A DNA stretch of 64,000 nucleotides, from positions 2,157 to 66,156 of the forward strand of contig CADBLU010000065.1 in NCBI GenBank assembly GCA_902795605.1. The letters run 5' to 3'. A program made the position numbers and the translations under genes. Under the pieces are notes generated by a model, which worked only from the letters and a program-made list of their open reading frames with translations, was not told the DNA's origin and did no database searches. This document shows positions 50,909 through 60,865 of this stretch, piece by piece; the first letter of the stretch is position 1; each line of letters starts with the position of its first letter. This DNA is from an uncultured Prevotellaceae bacterium (GTDB taxonomy: Bacteria > Bacteroidota > Bacteroidia > Bacteroidales > Bacteroidaceae).

Positions 50909-50944
50909 AAAAGAGGGTTCCCCTATAAGGAAACCCTCTTTTTT
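50909..50944 (+). terminator. Intrinsic terminator
   Basis: AAAAGAGGGTT...AACCCTCTTTT followed by Ts. Confidence 0.75.
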
Positions 50945-50971
50945 CAAACCTTTATCCTAACAGCAATTCAA

Positions 50972-52495
50972 ATGAAATTATTACGTGCTATCTGTCTGAT
51001 GGTGCTCGGCGGCGTGGCTTTTGCAGGGTGTGTCAGTACAGAGACGGTGGAGGCGACGTCGTCTCCTTCGAAGAGAGAGTTCAGGGGAGCATGGATCCAG
51101 GCTGTCAACGGACAGTGGATCGGCATGTCGACAAGTCAGATGCAGCAGACGCTTTCCTATCAGTTGGACGAGTTGTGGAAAGACGGCGTCAATGCCATTA
51201 TCTTCCAGGTGCGTCCTGAGTGCGACGCCTTATATAAGAGTGACATAGAGCCATGGAGCCGCTTTCTCACCGGCGAGCAGGGGGTGGCACCCCGTCCTTA
51301 TTGGGACCCGCTGCAATGGATGATCGACGAGTGTCATAAGCGTGGCATGGAGCTTCATGCGTGGATCAATCCTTATCGTGCGAAGACGAAGACCACTCAG
51401 GCGTTGGCTCCCAACCATATCGCCGTGAAGCGCCCCGACCTGTATTACGAATACGACGGACTCTATGTGCTCGACCCTGCCCGCGAGGAGGCCAAGGACT
51501 ACATCTGCCGTGTGGTGGATGATATTGTGAAACGCTATGACATCGACGGGCTCCATATCGACGACTATTTCTATCCCTATCCTGTTGCCGGCCAGGTCAT
51601 CAATGATGATGCTCAGTATCGTGCCAACCGGAAAGGCTTCACCAATAAGGGTGACTGGCGCCGTGACAATGTGAACATTTTTATCAAACAGCTCAGCAAG
51701 ACCATCCACGACCGTAAGCCTTGGGTGAAATTCGGCGTGTCGCCGTTCGGTATCTACCGCAACCGCAACAGCGACCCGAAGGTGGGCAGTGCCACCAACG
51801 GCACCCAGAACTACGACGACCTCTATGCCGACGTGCTGTTGTGGGTGAACAACGGTTGGGTGGACTATTGTGTGCCCCAACTCTATTGGGAGATTGGTCA
51901 CAAGGCTGCCGACTACAAGACGCTGATCGCCTGGTGGAACAGCCATTCGTCCAACCGCCCGCTGTTTATCGGCGAGGATGTGGAGCGCACGGTGAAAAAC
52001 GCCGACCTTGACAATCCCAATGTGCACCAGATGGATGCGAAGTTTAAACTGCACAGGCAGATGCCCAATGTGGGAGGCACCGTGCTGTGGTATGCCAAGG
52101 CTGCCGTGGACAACGTGGGCAATTATGGCAGTATGCTTCGCGGCAAATACTGGCGCTACCGTGCCCTGCAGCCCACGATGCCGTTCATCGACGACCGTTC
52201 GCCCAAGAAGCCCCGCAAGGTGAAGACGGCGATGACCGACGATGGCTTCATGCTCTTCTGGACGGCTCCGAAAGGCAGCGGATGGAAAGATAAGGCAGTG
52301 AAATATGTGGTCTACCGTTTCGGACAGGACGAGAAGGTCAACCTCTCCGACCCCTCAAAAATTGTTTCTGTCACCTCTCGCACCTATTACAAATTGCCCT
52401 ATACCGATGGCAAGACGAAATATGTGTATGTGGTCACCGCGCTCGACAGGATGAGCAACGAGAGCCACGGTGTGGTGGCGAAGGTGAAACTGTAG
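50972..52495 (+). CDS. GHL10/DUF187 glycoside hydrolase lipoprotein with FN3-like tail
   Basis: FAGC lipobox; REFRGAWI, FQVRP, ELHAWINPYR, DGLHIDDYFYP. Confidence 0.88.
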   Translation: MKLLRAICLMVLGGVAFAGCVSTETVEATSSPSKREFRGAWIQAVNGQWIGMSTSQMQQTLSYQLDELWKDGVNAIIFQVRPECDALYKSDIEPWSRFLTGEQGVAPRPYWDPLQWMIDECHKRGMELHAWINPYRAKTKTTQALAPNHIAVKRPDLYYEYDGLYVLDPAREEAKDYICRVVDDIVKRYDIDGLHIDDYFYPYPVAGQVINDDAQYRANRKGFTNKGDWRRDNVNIFIKQLSKTIHDRKPWVKFGVSPFGIYRNRNSDPKVGSATNGTQNYDDLYADVLLWVNNGWVDYCVPQLYWEIGHKAADYKTLIAWWNSHSSNRPLFIGEDVERTVKNADLDNPNVHQMDAKFKLHRQMPNVGGTVLWYAKAAVDNVGNYGSMLRGKYWRYRALQPTMPFIDDRSPKKPRKVKTAMTDDGFMLFWTAPKGSGWKDKAVKYVVYRFGQDEKVNLSDPSKIVSVTSRTYYKLPYTDGKTKYVYVVTALDRMSNESHGVVAKVKL

Positions 52496-52517
52496 ACAGT
52501 GGCATGTGCCTTTCAAC

Positions 52518-52557
52518 GCATTTGGCCGGTGTGTCTTGAGACGCACCGGCCAAATGC
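52518..52557. terminator. Hairpin between convergent genes
   Basis: GCATTTGGCCGGTGTGTC-ttga-GACGCACCGGCCAAATGC, 18-bp stem. Confidence 0.7.
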
Positions 52558-52582
52558 TATTATATCAGCGACTCCCGCGAGT

Positions 52583-53023
52583 CTATTTCATTAGGTCTTT
52601 CAGAAAGCGGTCGAGCTCTTTGTCGAGACCGGGCATCAGGTCGCCACCGCTGATGATGACGGTGTCGCCGTCGGCAATGTACAGTTCGGCCACACTCTCT
52701 TTCTCGTCGTCCTCGAGCACGATGTGGAAAGGTTTCAGCAGTCCATAGTCCTCAACGACCTTCTCCAGCCGTTTGAGCTCGTGGCGCAGTATGTGGGTCA
52801 CCCCCTCATAGAAGGCGTCGTCTTTGTTCTCTATCCATTCTTCCACTACGCAACGTGTGATTTCGTTGTCGTCGTCGTCATAGGCGAGCAGTTCGCCACT
52901 GTCTTGCGACACCCTCAGGTGGATGTCGGTGAGCAGGGTAGGGTCGTCGGTGCTTGGAAATTTCTGTCCGATTTTCCTGATGGCGCGCTCAATCTGCTGG
53001 ATGGTCTGTTCTGATGCTTTCAT
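52583..53023 (-). CDS. Conserved-type acidic hypothetical protein
   Basis: MKASEQTIQQIERAIRK...; host-like codon usage; follows the exonuclease gene. Confidence 0.75.
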   Translation of the reverse strand: MKASEQTIQQIERAIRKIGQKFPSTDDPTLLTDIHLRVSQDSGELLAYDDDDNEITRCVVEEWIENKDDAFYEGVTHILRHELKRLEKVVEDYGLLKPFHIVLEDDEKESVAELYIADGDTVIISGGDLMPGLDKELDRFLKDLMK

Positions 53024-53048
53024 ATTGAGTGTTGTTAATGGGCGATGA

Positions 53049-53915
53049 TCAGCGTTGGTTGAATTCTCTGAGCCGGATGCGTGTGAGTGCCTGCTTGGTG
53101 TTGTAGGTGAAATCACCGTTAAGCATCCAACTGTAATATCCAGGGTCTTTGCGCAGCACTTCTGCCACGGGCCTTCCCTTGTATTTGCCGAAATTGAAGG
53201 TCTCCACCTTGATGGCGTTCCCCTCGGCGTCCACCTTGGGCTGTCCGTTTTCGTCGAGCTCCGGCTTCCAGACGATGCGTCCGGCGAAGTCCACGTTGTC
53301 GTTGGTGCGCGAGAAAGCCGCCAGCACCTCCATGTCGTTGGCTATCTGTCGTTTCTCGTCTTCCTGACGTGCCGGACTATACATGTCGAGCTGTCCTTTG
53401 AGCACGCTGTAGGTGGCCTCAGTGTCGAAGTCGGCCAGATGGGCATGACCTGCTCCTACGTTCTCTGCCACCATCTCCTTTCCGCAGTAGAATTTGTAGG
53501 CTGCGGCCAGGTTTCTCGGCTCCATCTTGTGGAAGATGGTCTGCACGTCGATAAGCCGGCATTTGGTGAAGTCGAAGTCGATGCCTGCGCGCAGAAACTC
53601 CTCGGCGAGCATGGGGATGTCGAAATGGTTGGAGTTGAACCCTGCGAAATCGCACCCCGAGAACGTCTCGTTGAGCTTTTGTGCATAATATTTGAATGGT
53701 GGCTCATGAGCCACCATTTCGTTGGTGATGGTAGTGATGCGTGTCACTTCTGCCGGTATCTCCCTTCCTGGGTTGATGAGAATGTTGGCACGCTCCTCTT
53801 TACCGTCAGGATAGACTTTTATCCATGCCACCTGGATGATCCTGTCCTTCACGAGGTCCAGCCCCGTAGTCTCCAGGTCGAAGATGATGAGGGGCTTTTT
53901 GAGACTGAGTTCCAT
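53049..53915 (-). CDS. DEDDh 3'-5' exonuclease (DnaQ/PolC-like)
   Basis: FDLETTG, GFNSNHFD, AHLADFD, FNFGKYKG. Confidence 0.9.
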   Translation of the reverse strand: MELSLKKPLIIFDLETTGLDLVKDRIIQVAWIKVYPDGKEERANILINPGREIPAEVTRITTITNEMVAHEPPFKYYAQKLNETFSGCDFAGFNSNHFDIPMLAEEFLRAGIDFDFTKCRLIDVQTIFHKMEPRNLAAAYKFYCGKEMVAENVGAGHAHLADFDTEATYSVLKGQLDMYSPARQEDEKRQIANDMEVLAAFSRTNDNVDFAGRIVWKPELDENGQPKVDAEGNAIKVETFNFGKYKGRPVAEVLRKDPGYYSWMLNGDFTYNTKQALTRIRLREFNQR

Positions 53916-53925
53916 GGACGTCTAT

Positions 53926-55050
53926 TTATTCGTTGAGCAGTGTGGGCATGATGAGCATGAGCACCTCTTCCTGTTCGGGCTGCTCTGCGGGCACCACTAC
54001 ACCTGCTCTGCTGGGGTCGGCCAGTTCGAGGACCACCTCTTCGCAGTCAAGATTGTTGAGGATGTCGGACAGGACCGGGCCCTTGAAGCCGATAGCCATG
54101 GGCCTGCCGTCATATTCGCAGGTCATGGTCTCCACGGCGCTGGTGGCGAAGTCGATGTCTTCCGACGAGATCTCTATCTGTCCTGTGTCTACTTTGCACT
54201 TCACCAGTTCGCTGCTCTCGCTGGCGAAAGGCATCACTCTTCGCAGGGCACCGAGGAAAGTCTTGCGGTCGATGCGCAGGTGGTTGGGGTTATCCTTTGG
54301 AATGACAGAGTTGTAGTTGGGGTAGCGTCCTTCGATGAGACGGCAGATGAGCTCACCGTCGGCGAAGCTGATGGCTGCGTTGCGGTCGTTGAATTTGATG
54401 ACCACGTTGCCTCCGTCTTTGCTCAGCACGTTCTTGAGCAGAGTGGCGGGTTTCTTGGGCAGGATGAAGGCTGCCGGTGCCTCGTTTTTCACTGTCAGGC
54501 ATCTGTTGCGCACGAGTTTGCATCCGTCACTGGCCACGATAGAGGTGTATTCGGGGGTGATGTCGAAGTAGAGTCCGTTCATCACCGGCCTGAGCTGCTC
54601 TTGTGCGGTGGCGAAGATGGTGCGGCTGATATTCGACAGCAGCATGCCTTCCTCGAATGTGATGGCGGTCACGTCGGTGGGCATGGGCTGTGTCTGGGGA
54701 TATTCGTCAGCATTCTGGGCGGTGAAGTTGTACATACCGTTCTGGTAGAACACTTTCACCACATAGTTGACGGTGTCGACTTCGAAGGTGAGGGGCTGCT
54801 CGGGCAGTTCTTTCACTGCGTCGAGGATGGTAGAGCTGTTGACGACAAATCTGCCGTTACCCTCGTTTTCGCTCAGTTGACATGTGGATTTCATCACATT
54901 CTCGCTGTCAGAGGCAGTAAGCTGCAGCAGTCCGTCGTTCACCTCGAAGAGGAATCCCTCGAGGATGGGCATGCTGTTTTTGTTCATGATGACCTTGGAA
55001 AGCATGGTCAACTTGCTGCTCAGTGCGGTGCTGGATAATGTAAATCTCAT
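53926..55050 (-). CDS. dnaN: DNA polymerase III beta clamp
   Basis: LTASDSE, RPVMNG, VASDG..LV, RLIEGRYPNY, LIMP. Confidence 0.96.
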   Translation of the reverse strand: MRFTLSSTALSSKLTMLSKVIMNKNSMPILEGFLFEVNDGLLQLTASDSENVMKSTCQLSENEGNGRFVVNSSTILDAVKELPEQPLTFEVDTVNYVVKVFYQNGMYNFTAQNADEYPQTQPMPTDVTAITFEEGMLLSNISRTIFATAQEQLRPVMNGLYFDITPEYTSIVASDGCKLVRNRCLTVKNEAPAAFILPKKPATLLKNVLSKDGGNVVIKFNDRNAAISFADGELICRLIEGRYPNYNSVIPKDNPNHLRIDRKTFLGALRRVMPFASESSELVKCKVDTGQIEISSEDIDFATSAVETMTCEYDGRPMAIGFKGPVLSDILNNLDCEEVVLELADPSRAGVVVPAEQPEQEEVLMLIMPTLLNE

Positions 55051-55271
55051 GATTATCTTGTTTTAATTGTTAGTATTCGTGTTTTCATGCCTGCCGTATC
55101 ATTGAATGATGATTCTCCGAAACGCGGCATAAGTGACTACAAAATTACAAAAAACCGATAAGACGACAAAAAAAGTAATGCAAAAGTTTCTCCGTCTGCG
55201 CAAATTTTTGTAATTTCGCAATCGGTTTTACGCTGAAAGAATACTCAATTAATGTTTAAATATCATCATTT

Positions 55272-55664
55272 ATGGAATTACAAGGAAAGATAATAGCTGC
55301 CCTTGACGTGAAGACGGGTACATCAGCCCGTGGCGAATGGAAGGTGCAGGAGTTTGTGCTTGAGACACTTGATGGCCAGTACTCTCGCAAGATGGTGTTC
55401 TCGGTCTTTGGCGCCGAGCGCCTTCAGACGTTCAACATTCAGGTGGGACAAGATGTCACGGTGAAGTTCGACATTGACGCCCGTGAGTATAACGGCCGTT
55501 GGTTCAACAGTATCCGCGCCTATGATGTTCGGCAGGTTGTTCCGGGTGCCGCTGCACCTGAGATGCCTCCCTTCGACACTCCTGTGGCTTCTGGCTCTCC
55601 CACACCACCTCCTGCTGGTTTTGGCGAACCTGCCGACGGTGGCAGCGACGACCTGCCGTTCTAA
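55272..55664 (+). CDS. DUF3127 protein (OB-fold-like) with SSB-like tail
   Basis: MELQGKI, GEWKVQEFVLET, DAREYNGRWFN; Pro/Gly linker ending GGSDDLPF. Confidence 0.85.
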   Translation: MELQGKIIAALDVKTGTSARGEWKVQEFVLETLDGQYSRKMVFSVFGAERLQTFNIQVGQDVTVKFDIDAREYNGRWFNSIRAYDVRQVVPGAAAPEMPPFDTPVASGSPTPPPAGFGEPADGGSDDLPF

Positions 55665-55721
55665 TCGGTGAAAATGGCGTATATAAAAGTTGAGCAAACG
55701 CGAAACTTGAATAAAAATATG

Positions 55722-55745
55722 AAGGGGATGCGAACGCATCCCCTT
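55722..55745. terminator. Bidirectional terminator hairpin
   Basis: AAGGGGATGC-gaac-GCATCCCCTT followed by TT. Confidence 0.7.
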
Positions 55746-55790
55746 TTGCTTGGTGTGTCATAGGCATGACATTCTTATCTCATCGTCATG

Positions 55791-57443
55791 TCAATCCCTT
55801 TTCACGATAAACTGCCCGATTCGCCTTGAGTGTTTTTTCTTATCCACGGCGTGCAGCGTGTATACGCCGTTGGGCAAGGTGCGGATATTGAGCTGTTTGT
55901 CGGTCTTGGGCCTGATTGTCATCACGTTGCCGGCCATGCTCTGTATGCTGAGGTAGTCGCAGCTGATGGTGGGGTCGTAGTCGGGCTGTTTCAGGTATCT
56001 TCCGTCGTTGGGCAGCCATTCCACGGTGGGCGGGGCGATGGTCATGCTTTGCAGCGGCAGGCTCTCGTTGCCATAGCGGTCGATGGCGGTGACAGCGAAA
56101 TAGTGGCGGTCATCGCAGCCGTCGATGGTGAGTTGCGGTTGCCTGACGCGGCAGGCGATGAGGTTGCGGGCGTCGCTGATATCCACAGGGGTGGTGGTGC
56201 TGGTGTAGACATTGTACATGAGATAGTCGGCGTGGCTGTTGTCGGTGGCTCCCCACCATCTGAGATGGAGCTTCGAGCCTTGCGATGACAGGTTGATGCC
56301 TTTGGGTTGCGACGGGAGTACGGCCGACTGCCAGGTCATCGCTGGCGCGAGGGCAGGGTAGGGGTCGAAATCCCTCTCGGCGAAGGTGAAGATGCCTTTC
56401 ACATTGTCGGTGAAGAAGCGGCTTCGGAAATAAGTGTGGCCCATGCCGAGATGGCGCAGCACGCTCATCTCGCGTGTGATGTCCGAGAGAGGCCAGTTGT
56501 TGCCCTCTCCGCCCCTTGAGAGCAGCCAGATGCCCAGTCCCGGCGCGATGGTGCGCCCGTAGGTGTTCTGTGCCCAGTCGGCGGCGAAGGGATAGAAGTT
56601 GTCGCCTCTGAAATACATCATCGGATAGAGTTGGTCCATCAGTCCCTCGCGCAGCCATCCCTGAGCGTCTTGGCAGACGGTCTCATAGGCATTCCATCCT
56701 CTGCTTGAATAGCTTGTGAGGTCACTGTATTTTCCTATGGGCGAGCAACTTATCTTTACCCATGGCTTGGCGCTCTTCACCGTTTGGTGAATCTGCCTCA
56801 CGATGCTTGTGATGTACTCTCGTCCCTTGGCTCTGCTCACGCCATATTTCCAGTTCTCCGGATACCGGATGTAGTCGAGATGGATGCCGTCCACGTCGTA
56901 GTTGTCTACGATCTCCTTGCAGATTTTTGCGATATATCCCGCCGTCTGCGGACTCTCTGGATTCATATAGCCTTCGTCGCCTTTCTTGATGGCCAGCGCG
57001 CCATAGCGCTCACGTATCTGTCGGCAACCGATATTGTTCCACTTGCCTATGGGGATGGCCACCACCCACGCGTGCAGTTCCATGCCGCGGCGATGACATT
57101 CGCTGATGGCAAACGCCAAGGGGTCGTATCCCGGATTCCTGCCGGGATGCCCGGTGAGGCACCCGTCGAACGGTTCGTATTGCGAGGGATAGATGGTGGT
57201 TGCCCTGACGCGTGTCTGCAGCAGTATGGTGTTGACCTGAGCCTTGTTGAGTTGGTCGAGAATGTTGCACAGTTGCTGCTTTTGCCTTTCAGCACTTTCG
57301 GCCGATGTGGCTTTGACGGTAGGCCAGTCGAGGCCGTTGAGTGTGGTGAGCCATACGGCTCTCACTTCCCGCTTGGGCACCTGCGCGAAGGTGGTCAGTG
57401 CCATAAGACAGAAAGAGAGTGCCAATATCAGTTTTTTTGCCAT
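55791..57443 (-). CDS. Second GHL10/DUF187 hydrolase, exported, with FN3 and a CTD-like tail
   Basis: Cleavable signal; REVRAVW, ELHAW, DGIHLDYIRYP, FAVTAIDRYGNES. Confidence 0.88.
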   Translation of the reverse strand: MAKKLILALSFCLMALTTFAQVPKREVRAVWLTTLNGLDWPTVKATSAESAERQKQQLCNILDQLNKAQVNTILLQTRVRATTIYPSQYEPFDGCLTGHPGRNPGYDPLAFAISECHRRGMELHAWVVAIPIGKWNNIGCRQIRERYGALAIKKGDEGYMNPESPQTAGYIAKICKEIVDNYDVDGIHLDYIRYPENWKYGVSRAKGREYITSIVRQIHQTVKSAKPWVKISCSPIGKYSDLTSYSSRGWNAYETVCQDAQGWLREGLMDQLYPMMYFRGDNFYPFAADWAQNTYGRTIAPGLGIWLLSRGGEGNNWPLSDITREMSVLRHLGMGHTYFRSRFFTDNVKGIFTFAERDFDPYPALAPAMTWQSAVLPSQPKGINLSSQGSKLHLRWWGATDNSHADYLMYNVYTSTTTPVDISDARNLIACRVRQPQLTIDGCDDRHYFAVTAIDRYGNESLPLQSMTIAPPTVEWLPNDGRYLKQPDYDPTISCDYLSIQSMAGNVMTIRPKTDKQLNIRTLPNGVYTLHAVDKKKHSRRIGQFIVKRD

Positions 57444-57697
57444 TTAAATGATAGTGTGTGACATAATTTCGTGCAAAGTTATGAATAATTTTCCGTTTTG
57501 CAAACTTCCACCGTCATCTTATGGCGTTTTTCACAAAAAAGAGGGATGTGGCCGTGTCGCGGAAAGTCCCTTTTCTTTCACTTTTCGCCTTTTTTACGGG
57601 TATCCGGCCGCAAATCACGTTAAAATCGGGAGGTTATGCTTTGTTTTCAAAATAAATGTGTATTTTTGCACCATATTATAATCAATTGATTTGAGAA

Positions 57698-59251
57698 ATG
57701 TTATCTTTTTTACTTAGTCTTATTGCCCTTGTGGCTGGCTATTTCATTTATGGTAGCCTTGTGGAGCGTGTCTTTGCTCCCGACGGACGTCCTACCCCTG
57801 CGGTTGCCAAGGCCGACGGTGTGGATTTCATGGTGCTTCCCACGTGGAAGGTCTTTATGATCCAATTTCTCAATATTGCAGGCACCGGTCCTATCTTTGG
57901 CGCCATCATGGGAGCCTGGTATGGGCCCGTGGCGTATGTCTGGATAGTGCTGGGCTGCATCTTTGCCGGTGCCATGCACGACTTTTTCAGCGGAATGCTG
58001 TCCATCCGTAACGGCGGTGCCAATCTTCCCGAGCTCATCGGCAAATACTTAGGCTAGGTGACCAAGGCGGTGATGCTCATTTTCTCTGTCTTCCTGCTCG
58101 TGATGGTGGGTGTCGTCTTTGTCTATAGTCCGGCGATGCTGTTGGAGAATATGTTGCCTGTCGGCCTCATAGTGTGGGTCATCGTGATTTTTGCCTATTA
58201 CATCCTGGCCACGATGCTGCCTATCGACAAGATTATCGGGCGTTTCTATCCCATCTTCGCCTTCTCCCTCCTGTTTATGGCCGCCGCGCTTTTGATTGTG
58301 TTGTTTGTGAAATGGCCTGCCCTTCCCGAACTGTGGGACGACATGTCGCTGGCCAACCACAACCAGCCTGCCGAGATACTCGGTGTCGACTCGTTTATCG
58401 GCAAGAATCCGCTCTTCCCTTGTATCTTCCTCACCATCGCCTGCGGTGCTATCAGTGGCTTCCATGCCACCCAGAGCCCTCTGATGGCAAGGTGCCTGAA
58501 GGACGAGAAGTTAGGTCGCCCGGTCTTCTACGGGTCGATGATCACCGAGGGGCTTGTGGCGCTTATCTGGGCCACCGTCTCTTCCTACTTCTTCTATTAT
58601 GGCGGTTGGCAAGAGGTGGTGCCTGCCGACGTTGTCAGCCAGTTCAATGAGCAGTTGCAGGGCGACTCTCCCAAGACGCTCATACAGTTCTTCGCCGCTC
58701 CCGCCGTGGTGCAGCATGTGTGCTCTGGGTGGCTGGGTGTCTTCGGCGGCATTCTCGCGGTGCTCGGCGTCGTGGCGGCTCCCATCACCAGCGGCGACAC
58801 GGCGTTCAGGAGCGCTCGTCTCATCATCGCCTCGGCCGTGCGTATGGAGCAGCGCACCATCTCCAGGCGTCTCGCCATCTCACTGCCCATGTTCGGCGTT
58901 TCTATCCTCCTGCTTATCTGGCAGATGGAGAACCCCGACGGTTTCAATACCATCTGGCAGTATTTCGGCTGGTCCAACCAGACGCTGGCGGTATTCACCC
59001 TGTGGGCTATCACCGTCTATCTGGTCAAGGCTCATAAGCCTTATATCATCTCACTGATACCGGCGTTGTTTATGACAACCGTCTGTTCCACGTTTGTTTT
59101 CGTCAGCCCCAATATGCTTGGCGAACATCTCTCCCTCACCGTAGGATATTCTCTGGGCGCTCTCTGCCTCCTGGTGGCTGTCTTCTGGTTCGCTTCCTGG
59201 CTCGTCAAGGAGCGTAAGGAAGAGGCCAATGTGCGTAAGGAAGAAAAATAA
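57698..59251 (+). pseudogene. cstA: Carbon starvation protein A family transporter interrupted by one in-frame TAG
   Basis: QFLNIAGTGPIFG, GAMHDF, IACGAISGFHATQSP, APITSGDTAFRS; same frame on both sides of the TAG at 58055-58057. Confidence 0.8.
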
Positions 59252-59293
59252 GAATCCGTCTTAAGAATCGACATCACTCTAAAAACTACTATC

Positions 59294-59788
59294 ATGATAA
59301 AAAAACTTTCAGTATTGGTATTCACCTTGCTCGTGGCCATTTCCGCCAGCGCTCAGTTCGAACAGGGAAAGAAATATGTCAGCGCCTCCTTCTCAGGCTT
59401 AGACCTCAGTTATAATGGCACCAGCGACCTTAATGTGGGGTTCCAGGCCAAGGGCGGTTATCTCGTGGAAGACAACCTGATGGTGCTCGGCACCCTGGGC
59501 TACAACCATATCGGAGGCGACGACAGCACGCCCGACCGCTTCTCCATCGGTGCACAGGGCCGCTACTACATCATCCAGAACGGCATCTATCTGGGTTTGG
59601 GCGCCACCTATAAGCACGGCAACCACAACTACAACGACGTGATGCCGTCGGTGGAGCTCGGCTATGCCTTCTTTATCAACCACTATATCACCATCGAGCC
59701 GTCTGTCTATTACGAGCAGTCGTTCACCGACCACAGCAAGTATTCCAATGTGGGTCTGCGACTGGGGCTGGGACTCTATCTCTATTAA
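59294..59788 (+). CDS. Small outer-membrane beta-barrel protein
   Basis: Signal ending ASA-QF, beta-strand pattern, GRYY, C-terminal LGLYLY. Confidence 0.8.
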   Translation: MIKKLSVLVFTLLVAISASAQFEQGKKYVSASFSGLDLSYNGTSDLNVGFQAKGGYLVEDNLMVLGTLGYNHIGGDDSTPDRFSIGAQGRYYIIQNGIYLGLGATYKHGNHNYNDVMPSVELGYAFFINHYITIEPSVYYEQSFTDHSKYSNVGLRLGLGLYLY

Positions 59789-59800
59789 CAGGGCAGAGGG

Positions 59801-60415
59801 ATGATGCAGCAATATCCGTCGGCACTGCTTGAAAAGGCAGTGGGCGAGTTCGCCCGCCTTCCCGGTATCGGGCGCAAGACCGCTTTGCGTCTTGTGCTGC
59901 ATCTGCTGCGTCAGCCCGTAGGCGATGTGGAGAACTTCGTGGAGTCGTTGGGACGGATGCGGCGAGAGGTGAAATATTGCCGTGTGTGCCATAACATCAG
60001 CGACACCGATGTGTGCCCGATATGCTCCGACGAGCACCGCGACCGCTCGCTTGTCTGTGTGGTGGAGAATGTGCAAGATGTGATGGCTGTGGAGAACACA
60101 CAGCAGTATCGCGGCCTCTATCATGTGCTTGGGGGCGTCATCTCTCCCGTGGAGGGTGTCGGTCCCTCCGACTTGCAGATAGAGTCGCTCGTGCAACGTG
60201 TGGCTGCGGGTGGAGTGGATGAGGTCATCCTCGCGTTGGGAAGTACCATGGAGGGCGACACCACCAATTTCTATATCTCCCGCAAACTTGCGCCCTTCGA
60301 CGTGGCATTGTCGGTGCTTGCGCGCGGTATCTCCGTGGGCGACGAGTTGGAATACACCGATGAGGTGACGTTGGGCCGCTCCATCATCAACCGCACGCCC
60401 TTTGGCCAGGTATAA
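59801..60415 (+). CDS. recR: Recombination mediator RecR
   Basis: [10 protein letters not shown]4 zinc finger, YHVLGG, EGDTT, DELEY.DE.TL. Confidence 0.96.
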   Translation: MMQQYPSALLEKAVGEFARLPGIGRKTALRLVLHLLRQPVGDVENFVESLGRMRREVKYCRVCHNISDTDVCPICSDEHRDRSLVCVVENVQDVMAVENTQQYRGLYHVLGGVISPVEGVGPSDLQIESLVQRVAAGGVDEVILALGSTMEGDTTNFYISRKLAPFDVALSVLARGISVGDELEYTDEVTLGRSIINRTPFGQV

Positions 60416-60437
60416 AAAGTTAGAGGAGAGTTAGTAT

Positions 60438-60857
60438 ATGCAGAAGACAAGAAAAGTGCTGCTCGGTGTGCTGTGGGGCGCGCTTATCATCGCCCTCGTC
60501 ACCATCGTCTTGTTCGAGTGCGACGTGATTGCCCAGGGCCGTCTGGCCGGACATGTCAAGTCAGAATATTTGTCGGCAGTCGTCATGGAGTTGCTGACGC
60601 TGGTCTGCATCCCGCTGGCCTTGTGGCTGTTCAGGTGGGGTGTGGTGAAGAGAAGCCTGAGAGAGCACAAGGAGAAAGGTCTGCTGAGATGGGGACTGTT
60701 GCGTCTGCTCATCCTCTGCGGCCCGATGCTGGTGTGTGTGCTGCTCTATTATCTCTATGCCAGTGTCTCCTTCGGCTATCTTGGCATTATCCTTGCGCTT
60801 TGCCTGTTTTTCGTCTATCCCTCACTGGGCAGGTGCATGGCAGAAATTGAAAGTTGA
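60438..60857 (+). CDS. Hypothetical membrane protein
   Basis: Four hydrophobic segments; between recR and GT2. Confidence 0.75.
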   Translation: MQKTRKVLLGVLWGALIIALVTIVLFECDVIAQGRLAGHVKSEYLSAVVMELLTLVCIPLALWLFRWGVVKRSLREHKEKGLLRWGLLRLLILCGPMLVCVLLYYLYASVSFGYLGIILALCLFFVYPSLGRCMAEIES

Positions 60858-60865
60858 AACAGAGC

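Noticed and set aside
42023-55038. ORFs opposite maeB, GHL10, the exonuclease and dnaN (e.g. 42239-43150, 53055-53936, 53836-55038)
   Set aside because: Antisense shadows of conserved genes.
58055-58057. Genome-wide TAG reassignment or pyrrolysine
   Set aside because: At least six genes here end properly at TAG, and no pyl genes are present.
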